Source: Obrimoposthia wandeli (lineage: Eukaryota). Taken from it: a stretch of 64,000 nt of DNA. Positions 23,387 through 34,500 of the stretch are shown in pieces (position 1 is the first letter of the stretch; each line of letters begins with the position of its first letter). The notes beneath the pieces are model-generated. The model did not search any database, was not told where the DNA came from, and worked only from the letters and a program-made list of their open reading frames with translations. The translations under genes were made by a program, and so were the position numbers. Location of the stretch: positions 1,178,001 through 1,242,000 of the forward strand of contig CDROCS010000194.1 of assembly GCA_977020255.1 (NCBI GenBank), given 5' to 3'.

Positions 23387-23668
23387 TTGTTTCAAATGAA
23401 TAATACTATAAATAGAGACAATGAAGTGGATCGGCTTGCCGACGAAATATTTTCTGGAAAAATAAGGGGTAAAGAAATTTTATCAGAATTAAAAAATAAT
23501 GATATAACAAGAGATAACATTGAAATATTGGTTAGATCACACGTTATTCGAGAATTTAGAAATCGTACACAAATAAATAAAATAATAGCCAAATATTCAT
23601 TAATTAATTTTTGTATTTCATCTACAATAGCTCTAACATTGTACATTTCAATAAAGAAACTTCTATGA
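23387..23668 (+). CDS. Small Polinton ORF of unknown function with a hydrophobic C-terminus
   Basis: 93-aa frame between the TBP-like gene and the ATPase; no recognised motif. Confidence 0.45.
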   Translation: MFQMNNTINRDNEVDRLADEIFSGKIRGKEILSELKNNDITRDNIEILVRSHVIREFRNRTQINKIIAKYSLINFCISSTIALTLYISIKKLL

Positions 23669-23707
23669 TAATATAAACAATATTAAAAAAATGAAAGAGT
23701 ATATGCA

Positions 23708-24354
23708 ATGGAGCTAAATAATAATGCTGTATTTCAAATAGTTGGTCCCAGTGGAAGTGGAAAGACACATTTCGTATGTAAATTGTTGCAAAATGAATAT
23801 CTTTTCAAATCTAGTTTCAAAAATATTTATTGGCATCATGGTGGAGGAGGGGAAAGCGGATTAATCAAAACAAAAGTTTGCAAGTTGAAGGGAATACAAT
23901 TTATTGAAGGATTTGATGCAAATGGTGTGAAAGATTGAAAAAAGAAGATGTAATAATAATTGATGATTTGTATCAGGAAGCTAACAAGGAATCGGACTTT
24001 AATAATTTACTTACAAAGATTTCAAGACAACTAGAAGTAATAGTTATATTTATCACTCAAAATCTTTTTCACCAAGGAAGTCACCATAGAACAAGAAATC
24101 TTAATGTACATTACTTAGTTTTATTTAAAAATCCTAGAGATCAAAAAGTTAAAGATTTCGTAGCCTGACAAAAATTTCCCGCTAATAAAAACTTTCTAGT
24201 TGATTCATTCCATGATGCTGCTAAACAAGCACATGGGTATATATTTATCGACTTTACACAAGCTTGCCCAGATGATTTACGTGTTTTAACCGACATATTT
24301 AATTCTAATGGAGTAACTGTTTATAAACAAATAGAGAACAATCATAAAAGATAA
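23708..24354 (+). pseudogene. A32/FtsK-like packaging ATPase, frameshifted and with a nonsense codon
   Basis: Walker A GPSGSGKT, Walker B IIIDD, FITQNLF, YLVLFKNPRD, HGYIFID; frameshift near 23935 and stop at 24166. Confidence 0.92.
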
Positions 24355-24361
24355 ATGTATA

Positions 24362-24517
24362 ATGCCTTTTAAGAAGTTGATAGTAAAACGTAAAGCAAAG
24401 CCTAAGAAATCAAAAAAAAGAATCATTAAGAAAAAAGAAGTGAAAAAATTAATCAAATCTGTAGTTAGAAATAAAAAAAACTTAAATGGCTTCGAATATA
24501 AACAATATTTAAATTGA
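24362..24517 (+). CDS. Very basic 51-aa peptide (possible core/DNA-condensing protein)
   Basis: MPFKKLIVKRKAKPKKSKKRIIKKKEVKK... within the structural gene cluster. Confidence 0.45.
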   Translation: MPFKKLIVKRKAKPKKSKKRIIKKKEVKKLIKSVVRNKKNLNGFEYKQYLN

Positions 24518-24532
24518 ACCTTTTTTATTAAA

Positions 24533-24862
24533 ATGAAGAAAATACAAAGAAGCATACCCTATTTTAAAGCTTTGGTCAAAGCCTCTTCTCATAAGAGAAT
24601 GATTATTCTTAAAGCATTTCCATCTTTTGTTGTAGATGATTTATTGGAAGTTTAGTATAATATAGTTTTGGGTCGAGTAAAAGTTGGAAATCGGAAAAAT
24701 ATATTAAAGAAATATAGAAAAACTCTTCTAGATATTGCTAATGTAAAAAGTAAAAAAAGGAAACGAAATATTATTCTTAAACAGAATGGTGGTTTCATAG
24801 GGGCTGTTATTCCAGTTGTTGCTTCAATTATCAGTAGTATTATAGCTGCGACACGTTCATAA
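24533..24862 (+). pseudogene. Small basic Polinton protein with QNGGF motif and hydrophobic tail, one nonsense codon
   Basis: MKKIQRSIPYFKAL...ILKQNGGFIGAVIPVVASIISSII; TAG at 24653. Confidence 0.7.
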
Positions 24863-24948
24863 ACAATTATTTATAAAATCAGTTAAAGATATGGGTGCAA
24901 ACCTTTCTTTACCTAAATTTAAATTTTCTTTCTATTCAAATTGTTGTA

Positions 24949-25977
24949 ATGGAGAAGATATGGTTCAATCCAAAAGATCCAATTGGCTACACAGAAGTTT
25001 CAAAATTAGCAAAAAGAACAAAACAAAAATACAAAAAAACGCAGAAATGGCTGAGCAACCAGTTAGCCTACAGTCTGAATAAGCCGATGAGAAGAAGGTT
25101 TCCAACTAGAGCTTACAAAACCAGCGGTCCTAATAATTTATGGCAAATGGATTTGATGGAGAGGATCCTATATTCTTCCATTAATAAGGGATATCGATAT
25201 ATTTTAACATGTATTGATGTGTTTAGCAGGTTTGCTCGTGCAATTCCAGTTAAAGCAAAGTCTTCAATAGCTATGCTTGAAGCCATTAAAGAAATATTAA
25301 AAGAGGACTTTCCACAAAATGTGCAAACTGATTTAGGAAAATAATTTTATAATAAGCAAGTTCAATCTTTATTTAAACAAAATAATATAAATCACTACTC
25401 TGTGTTTTCACAGTATAAAGCAGCAGTAGTAGAAAGATTTAATCGTACTTTAAGAGATCGAATAAAAAAGTATTTCACAAAAGAAGGAAATAAAAAATGG
25501 ATCCAAGTTTTACCTAAAATAATACATGCCTATAATCACTCGGAACATAGAGGTCTCATGGGAATGAGACCTGTTGATGTTACTAATAAAAATTCTATGG
25601 ATATTTGGATGAACAGGAATAAAAAAGAAAATATTAAAAAAGCTAAATATAAGAAAAACGAATATGTCCGAATTTCGAAAATTAGCTCTACTCCATTTAT
25701 TAAAAACTTTGATCAGAATTGGAGCGATGAAATATTTTGTATAAGTAAAATTTATCAAAAGAGTAATCCAATAATGAATACTATTAAAGATGCTGACAAT
25801 AATATCGTTCACGGTAAATTTTACGAGCAAGAACTACAAGTAATATCAAATAAACCTAGCGTTTTCCGTATTCAAAAAATATTAAAATCTAAGGGTGCTG
25901 GTAAACATAAACAATACTATATTAAATGGCATGGTTATTCAGATCCAACTTGGATATCAGCATATAATATAATATGA
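24949..25977 (+). pseudogene. Retroviral-type (RVE) integrase with C-terminal chromodomain, single nonsense codon
   Basis: WQMDL, YRYILTCIDVFSRF, QTDLGK*F, VVERFNRTL (D-D-E); KILK...YYIKWHGY chromodomain; in-frame TAA at 25342. Confidence 0.95.
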
Positions 25978-27050
25978 AGTCTATGTATATGGTTTTACCT
26001 AGTAACAGATGTCCGAAGACTCAACCAGATAATTACGCTAGTAGCTTTATTATCGATTGGGAAAATCCTATAAATCTCCAAGGATAATGGGAAGCGGCTT
26101 TAACAGAATTTTCCTTTTATTATTCTCCAATTACTATCAGAAAAAACTCGCATATTTCGTTTACAAAAGAAGTTGATCATGAAAAATCAATTGAAGTTGT
26201 GATTGGGTTTGATAGTAAAGGAAAATTCTATTACAATTGTATAGATAAAGAAGTGAAAGTAATATATGAAAAAAACAAAGTCAGATTTAAAAATAGACTA
26301 AAACATTTTTTAAAACCTATTCAAATTATATTTGGATCTGATAGAGAAGCTCTTCTATTCGGTTTTGACAGTGGACATGTAGTAGGTATGAAGAGATCTG
26401 ATATAGCCTCATCTAAATCGTTTAAAAATGTTCCTGATAGAGTAACAAAAGTGTTTTTAGTTGAAACGAGACCAAAGTATGTAGTAAAACTGAAAATGTT
26501 TTCAAAAGATTATAAATTAGATAGTGAAGTGAATTTCTGTAAATTAATACAGAAGGAATGTAGTGAATATTTCGATAAATGTGTAACATTAAAAAATGGA
26601 AAAATAACGTTTACAGTAAAGAGCAATATAATACGAGTTTTATTTGATGATAAACTTGCTAAAAACCTTGGTTTAAACAGAAATACCTTTTAAACCCATA
26701 CAATAAAAACCATAAAAGCTAAAAATAAGACAAAACTTTTAAATGCTGTTATTCATTTATATATTTTTACTAATTTAATAGAACCAACGCTTGTATGAGG
26801 ACAGCGAGTTCCACTTTTGAGAACAATATTGATATCTAAAAATGAAACTAGAGATGGCGACGCTGTAGGTATGTGTATAGATCAACCAATGTATCTTCCA
26901 GTTTCTCTCTTTTCTATAAACAATATTGAAGTAAATATTAGAGATGATTCCGGACAACTAATAGTTTTCACGTACCAACTAATAGTTTTCACGGGGCCAA
27001 GACAAGTTTAACAATACATTTAAGAAAACAAAATGGCGAATCCAGCAATA
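25974..27050 (+). pseudogene. Minor capsid (penton-like, PX) protein, disrupted
   Basis: MVLPSN..P..NYASSF......I.L.G.WEAALTEF at the start; PLLRTI...PMYLPV...IEVNIRDDSG at the end; ATGA overlap with the integrase stop. Confidence 0.8.
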
Positions 27051-27410
27051 ATTGAAGCTTATAGTCAAAGCCAACAAGGTGGATAATTACCATATTTTGT
27101 TGGTAAACAATACGGATCTGGCTGGCTTAGAATATTAGGTAGATTTGCCTTTCCTCTTTTAAAGAGACTCGGGCGATTTATATCAAAATTAGGAAAGGAT
27201 TACCTTTCATTTAAGGACAATAAACTAATACCAACTTTTAAGAAGCATGCGCTCGATGAACTTGATAATGTTTTACCTGAAGTTGCTAATTTGATTAAAA
27301 AACGTAAATCAAATAAAAGCCAAGGAGGTAGTCGATTTAAAAGTAAAGAGAAGCAAAAAATCAATATAAACAAACGTAAGAATGTTGAAGGAACAATATT
27401 TGCAAAATGA
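27033..27410 (+). pseudogene. Polinton PW-type protein (QxGG / QxGxG motifs), one nonsense codon
   Basis: Y..SQQGG*LPYFVGKQYGSGWLRILGRFAFPLLK. Confidence 0.75.
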
Positions 27411-28627
27411 GTTGCGCCAAAACTGAATTGTGTATTTTTGATAAACCAATTCCACAAGTAGTTGTAGATAATGCTTCCTTTGAAGAAATATTTCTAGTTA
27501 ACTCAGTTTCAGGAACCACTTTAACCGATTTAGAATTTAATATTAATGGTTCCAAAAGCGAGTATTTAGATTTGAATGATACTTTGCTTTATGTTCAGAT
27601 AAAAGTATTAAATCGGGATGGTACTAATTTAGATGAAAATGCAGATGTAACATCTGTAAATTATCTCTTTAATTATTTATTTAGTGATACCATTGTTACT
27701 CTTAATAATGTCAAATTGAAGGTGGAAATTCTTCCTATGCTCATAAAGCTTTGATTGAAAGTCTTTTGAATTATAGTACTGATACTCAAAATACTAATTT
27801 GGCAACCATTGGTTATGATAAAACTGTTGAAACTCGCAAAGAATGGATTGCAGGTTCTAAAGCTTACGAAATGTATGGGTCTTTGAAATTGAAATTTCTT
27901 TGAACAACCGAAATATTTAATTCCCGGTGCTAATGTACATCTACGTTATAAATGGAATTTTTCTTTGATAAGCACAGACGTTCTAAAACCTAGACTTGAT
28001 ATTTTGGATGCAAAATTGTATGTCCGAAGAGTTAAAACCGAGCAATCAGTTTTAATGGCACATAATATAGGAATGGAAAAAAACAATGCTTGTTATCCTA
28101 TTAGAGAAACTAAACTTATATCCTATTCTTTAGGTACGGGTACACAAGCTTTTAATAAGGATCAAATTTTTGGTGATGTAAGATTACCAAAATTAATTTT
28201 AATTTCTTTTCAAAAAACTGCAAAGTTTCTAGGAAATTATACGACATATGCAACTCAATTTGACAATCTTAATGTAGGTTCAGTGACACTTTCAAGAAAT
28301 ACTGATTATCGCGAAACATATAAAACAGATTTTGAAGGTAACACTTATGCTTTGGCTTATACGCAATATATTATTCGGAATTTGGGCCAACTAGATAAAA
28401 ATATAAACAATGGTATTTCTTTCACTGAGTTTAAAAGCATCTGCCCCTTCTTCACATTTGTTTTGGCACCAGACTTTGATATAAACCAATGCCAACTACC
28501 AAAGGATGGAAATTTACGACTAGAAATTAAGTTCAATGCAGCTTTAACACATCCTATTAAGGTGCTTATTTACGGAGTGTTTGATTCCGAAATACTAATC
28601 AATAAAAACAGAACTGTCATATTATAG
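27407..28627 (+). pseudogene. Major capsid protein (double jelly-roll, PY), frameshifted
   Basis: MSCAKTELCIF, EFNI.G...YLDL..TLLYVQIKV, AKLYVRRV, GNLRLEIKF. Confidence 0.9.
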
Positions 28628-28628
28628 A

Positions 28629-29035
28629 ATGAAGTAAGACATATTTTAAATTTATATTTATTAATTTTTATTTAGTTCAAAACAAGTAAAAGAATCAGCA
28701 GAGAAGGTCCTGGGTGATAAATTCAATGGAGTTTATCCTATTGATATGATTCCATTTTTTCAATCTGGAGGTTACATTATCAATACTCATACTTTGAATT
28801 TACCAGGAGAACATTGGATAGCTATTTATGTCAGAGAGTAGACAATACATGTATTTGATCCACTTGCAATGTATTATCCACACAAACTTGTCTCGACTAT
28901 TCAAAAAGGACGAAGAAGAGTATTTTACAACAAGATACAATATCAGGATCCTGCGACGAGAAACTGTGGACATTTATGTATTTTATGGTTATCGTTGCAA
29001 AACGATTAGTGTGTTATAAAAATAAATATTTTTAA
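28629..29035 (+). pseudogene. Adenain-like (C5) cysteine protease, two exons (intron 28634-28675), one nonsense codon
   Basis: IINTH..NLPGEHWIA, VFDP, QYQ...TRNCGHLC; a 42-nt GT-AG intron puts the ATG in frame. Confidence 0.88.
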
Positions 29036-30466
29036 TGTTTTATTTTGAATTATTTTTTAAATCTCTAAAAAAAATAAGGGTAAAATAATAAAAGACATAA
29101 GACAAATTTTTTTAATACATTTATTAATCACAACATCACAATGAGATCTGTCTGCAAAGATAAGGTCCATCCTAAAAAATGTTTTGAAATAACAAAAAGT
29201 TAGAGTCAAGGTGCCATAGGGATCTAAAATTTTCAAAAACTAAACTAAAAAAATCAAAAAATCAAAACCGTTTAAATTCGGAAGTGTCCATAAGCCAGGC
29301 TAGCGTTCTTTTCTACCCAAAAGCGCTTGTCGTCATTACTACTCAAAGCGATTTTGGTTGATTTATGGGAATACAGTTGATGGGCTCTTGAAATAAATCT
29401 AGTTTGCTCAACGCTTTCAATACACCCAGTATCATAAAATTTCCGGTAGGCCTCCTGTGTAAGATTGTTTCTTCCCACACCCTTTGCTCTCATTGAACAT
29501 GTATTATTAGATGCATGTAAACTGTAGCATTTAGGGCGTAGGAAAATACAATCGTCATACGAAACCTGTCCCTCGCTTTCATCCTTAAATTTCCCGATAA
29601 TATCCTTTAAACTCATAGAGTGTAGAGGATGGTTAGCGGGATATTTATGGGTATCTAATGAGTTGTCCCTAGACATTGCCGGTAATAATTGATTATCTAA
29701 ACTAACATTTTTTCATTCTAAAAAGAAATAGTCAGTGTTCCCAGCTGCGATTTTGATCTCACAATTGAATTCTCGTCGATATTTCTCCAATTCTATTTAT
29801 TGAAGCTCGTACATTCTGAGTTTAGAATTGTCTAAAACCGTTTGACCTATATAACTCGGTGGATCAAGACAAATACTGTGTTTTCCTAATAACACTGCTA
29901 CCAAGTCATCTGCAATTGTAAAACTACGCTTGAAGTTGTACTTGCTAGTATATGTTATTAGTTTACGCTCATCATTGCAAAACCGTAGACAAATACGTTT
30001 CCGCAAGTCCTCTACAGTTTTTCCAAAGAGACTATTACTTTTTAACTTGTAAAAATCTCGATCGAATTTGCTAGTGGCCAAATTACGTTTTCTTGAATTC
30101 TTCTCAATATAGTCTTTAAACACAAAATTTTGACTGAAGCTTATAGCACGATGAATTCGAGTAACTTTCGCTCCCAACTTTAAGTAGAATTGAAGAAGCC
30201 GCCAATGCACAACATAATTCAACTTGTCTTCATGGGTTAACAATAATTTCTTAACCTTTGAATTAGGTGGGCATTGATGAACAGGTGCTACTGGAAGATC
30301 ATCTAATTTATCATGCAAATTGAGTCCTGCCGAAGCCGGTAGGTGAATACTCTCATACTGGTCCTGCAATGCTAAAATTGACTCAAAATCTGCATACACC
30401 CTGAATTACACGTGTATGCATTTTGCCCAATCCCTGAATTTTAAATCCTTATCCTTAGGCATGCTA

Positions 30467-32338
30467 CACCTGACTCAACTGAACGGTGATATGAGTCAGG
30501 TGAATTATGATGCATCCAATATTTGCATCATAAAATCAATACTAAATAGAAAATCTAGTGTAGTTTTTGTACACTTTTGTAGTATTACAGTTTTTGTATA
30601 CTGTATTTGTAGCTATGTATGGTTTCGTATATGATTAATTGTGATCTTTATGATCACATTATGAAGCGAAATCATATATAATCTCATAATTATATTTATT
30701 TATAATGATATAGTTTTTGTTTGTGATTAATTGTGATCTGTATGATCACGTTATGAAACAAAAACATCGCAATGGAATGTAATGGAAAGTAAAAAAGAAA
30801 ATGTAAGTCATTTATTATTTATTAATTTATTTGTAAATAAAACATCAATCTCCTAAAATATCCTCTTTATCTAGGCTTCTTATAAAAAATTCTTGAATGT
30901 GCTTGTAATAATTCTTGAGGTTGGCATACTCTTCTTTTCCTATTTCTTCACTTATGACTGTCTGCATCGCTTCAATTCTTCCTGATGTTGTCTCTTGCAG
31001 TCCAGAACTATTCATCTGCCTTCTTATGTGTGATTTCAGCTTTGAAAACACTGATTCAATTGGATTGAGGAAGGGACTATATGGAGGAAGATTAACGATC
31101 TTTTTGTTTTCATTTGGTAGAGTTATACCTCTGTGGATTGAAGCATTATCGTGAATTAAATAGTGCTTCAAATGAGGCTCGAGCTTCTCACAAACCTCCT
31201 GAAGAAAAGCAATATATTTTTCTTTATTGAAGGAGCCCTTCACAATCTTAAAGTGAACGGGTCCGGCCTTTTGAATGGCCAAAACCAGGCTTATGTTAGG
31301 TCCTCTGCTGGTGGGAATCATCGAATATAGCCTTTCTCCTCGTGGTCCCCATCCTCTTTGACTTCTCATCCATATGTTGAAGCCACATTCGTCAATATAA
31401 ATGCATTGTTTCGTGGTCCATTTTTCTTCAATTAGGCGTTTCACATAATCTCGACGCAAGCCTTTTACTCTTTCTGAATTTTTCTCTGCAACACAAGATC
31501 GAACAATTTTGAAGCTGTAAAGTTTACCCTTCAAATAATTTGCCACTGTATTCTTTGTACAAGTTATTGCAAACGTCTGGCCCAGAATTTGCGCCATATG
31601 ATTGAGGGTTAGGAACGGATTTTGATCTATTTCTCTCATCAAGTCTTCTCCAGCTGTATCGGTAATTTTAAGAAAAGAACCACCTTTTGGACCTTGAATA
31701 TATTTGCCGGTTTTTCGGTATCGGTAAATAATGTTTCTTACGGTGTTGGGCTTTATTCTTAGCATTTTACCGAGCATAACATAATCTTCACCAGCTTCAT
31801 AGGCTCTTATTAGGTGCGCTTTATCAGACAGAGGAACCCTGATTAAAACATTAATTAACTTAAAACATCAATAACTTACATTTGAATCCTATTTTCCTTA
31901 CATGGCATGGTTTCTTCAGAATTAAAAGAAAAATTTTCTCTGAAAGGTATTGTATTATTTTCACTGTCGGAGGATACATCTATCCTAAAACATTAATAGA
32001 CTAAAATAAAAGTTATTAACTTACAATTCAACGTTATTTGAGGTCCCCGGAACATTAACTTTTTGCAAAATAGCATCACGGTTCATTTTACTTATCACGA
32101 TTGAAATGAAATTAATTTCTATAGTATAAGAAATACATGAAATCACATACAGTATCTTGTCTGTATGTGTATGTGTGTTTCTATGTTTATATCACCGTTG
32201 ATTTTACTTATCACGGTTCATTTTGAAGTTGGTGTGTGATTCCTATAGTAAGTATTATTTATTTGACCTAAAATTGCATTACTTTATTATAGGAAATTCA
32301 CAACGATGACTATTATCACCGTTGAGTTGGATTAGGTG
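30467..32338 (-). mobile_element. IS630/Tc1-like DNA transposon inserted in pPolB
   Basis: Imperfect 25-bp TIRs CACCTGACTCAACTGAACGGTGATA / CACCTAATCCAACTCAACGGTGATA; TA duplication at 30465-66 and 32339-40; removal restores the PolB frame DDNTLY-SMPKDKDLKF. Confidence 0.93.
30845..32086 (-). CDS. Apparently intact transposase, 386 aa, three exons (32025-32086, 31880-31984, 30845-31838), D-D30-E triad
   Basis: HTH, YIDECGFN, HDNASIH, LPPYSPFLNPIE; two GT-AG introns (40 and 41 nt) give a continuous frame. Confidence 0.85.
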
Positions 32339-34500
32339 TATATAGCGTATTGTCATCAGGATTCAGTGAACATAATGTCAGATGTTTGCTGTAAGAGAGC
32401 TCGGATCGGAACCCATGCAAACATCTATGACACCACTTACACCTTATCCTAACTGCTAAGGCTCCATTATCTAAATTTAGAAGACGATCTAAATTGGGAA
32501 TTGCAGCATAATGGAATTTTTTATTATGTTCGAGCAAAATTAAGTTGACCTGAGTTCCCTAATTTTTGCTCCTATAAATTACATCTACAAAATAATTTTT
32601 AAAAATTTCTTCATCTGTTACATTAACTGGGATATCAGTATTATATTTGAATACATTAATACTCAAGTTATTAAGATGTTCAAATCTTGATATCGCAGTT
32701 AATTTAACAGGAAAATCTATTCCATGATACTGCAATTCATTTAAAAAGGGGTATATTTACTGACACGCTCTCTATGTTCAGTAATTACACCCCTTTTGAG
32801 GATGGCCAACACGCTATACAGAAAGCAAAGGTTATCACTGTTTTGTATGTTAACAATGGAACGTGAAAGTTGAAGAGATCTAGGTGAAGGAATGTATGAA
32901 CTCCCCGAAAGATATATCATGTCAGTGAACTTTGTTAGAACAAAGCTAACATCGTGAATTCTAACTAGATTCCATCCACTACTTAACTCGCTATAATTAG
33001 CAATTTTTTCATCTAGGTTTCTTCCAATTTCAGTTACAAAATTATCATAGAAAACAGTTGCTTTATGTGAAATTACCCAAGTTTTAGTCTCCTCATTAAC
33101 ATTTTTAAACTGCACTGTTGCACAAAATTGAACCTTAGCCTGTCCTAATTTAGTCACTTCTGATTTTAAAAGATTTTCAATATTTGAATCTACACCTACG
33201 TTTAATAAAATTTCATTTCCTAATGGCACCTTAACTATAACATATTTATTATATAGGTGATACTCTATAGTAGCACCGTTTTCTCTACGTTTTTTTGGTG
33301 GGACCTTATTAAGAAATTGGCCTCGCCTCCTTCTTCCTACAGTCGCTGACAAACCTCCTCCTAATTGAACGGGAAGACAACTATTTATATTAACAGTTGA
33401 GGTGGAAGGTGCTGCTATTGGACATGCTGCCGATATTGAGACAATCGCAGCTGATGTAGTATATGATGCTGTAGTAGATGCTGCTGTAGTAAGTGCTGCT
33501 GTAGTAAGTGCTTCCGCAGTTGTAGATGCTGCATTTGAGGTAGGAGCTGACCTTGCCGATGAAGAAGCGGCTGTTGTAGAAAATGATGCTGCTGAAAAAA
33601 TATATTAAAAAATAAATATATTTTTAAATATTATTACCTCTAAGACGTGCTAACATCGATGTAGGCACTCGCGATGGGGGAGGCATAGCTGCCGTAGCGT
33701 ATGACTGCTGTATCACGGTACTTCCTGAATAAAAAATAAAAATAAAATATATATAATTACAATTTAAAAAAAGAATCTGAAAAAATAATAAAAAAAAACC
33801 TATTGAAGGCAATTCAACTGGAGCTGGAATGAAGTCCTCTTCATTGATGGAATCCATCCAGCTGTCGTCCGTTATCTCGACGAAATCGGATTCCTCAATG
33901 GTCTCCAACCATGAGTTATCGCTCCACTGCTCTATCTCGAAATCTGACTGGGATATGTCATTCATCCACTCATTGTTAGTCATTTGAGTGGATGGGACAG
34001 AATCAGGAGCCGGGAGACCAATCGCAGGACCTTAAACGGGTTGATCGACGGCAACTGGAATTAGAGCAGGTGAGGCCTGCGAATCGCGCACCAATTGCAC
34101 GATATCCCTCTTCTTGTTGTTGGCCATGAAACAGGATAGATGATCTCGATGTTCACCGAAGAAGTCTCGAAACTCCTTCTCCTCCATTGTTCTGCAGAAG
34201 GGGCAGACGAAGAAGTGAAGCCCGCGAGACTTTGTCCGATAGTAGGCGGATATTATCTACATGCAGGTCTCTCCTCCATGCGGAGCCGAAGCACCACAAT
34301 ATGCTGGAAACCGGATACAAGTAATCTGAAATAATAAATATTAATAAGGAAATAATAAGTATAGATTCTTACCATAGTCATTATTTCAAATTGTCTGGGA
34401 TTTTAATGAAGAAAGTGTTTGCTTATATACTAAAATTTATGCACACATGCTCTTTTCCTATTGGATTAAAAAATTGAAAAGGATTGATTATCTGTTAAAT

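Larger units (their letters stand above)
29272..34375 (-). pseudogene. Protein-primed family B DNA polymerase (pPolB) with a long spliced N-terminal leader; interrupted and internally deleted
   Basis: GSSYIP, NIQNSDNLCFLYSVLA, YADFES, KLKSNSLFGKT, KFKDES, LRPKCY, MRAKGV, DDKRF; introns at 34326-34372 and 33592-33637, probably also ~33725-33797. Confidence 0.93.

Noticed and set aside
33402-33608. Ala/Val-rich plus-strand ORFs at 33402 and 3037
   Set aside because: Antisense shadows of the Ser/Thr/Ala linker exon of the PolB leader.
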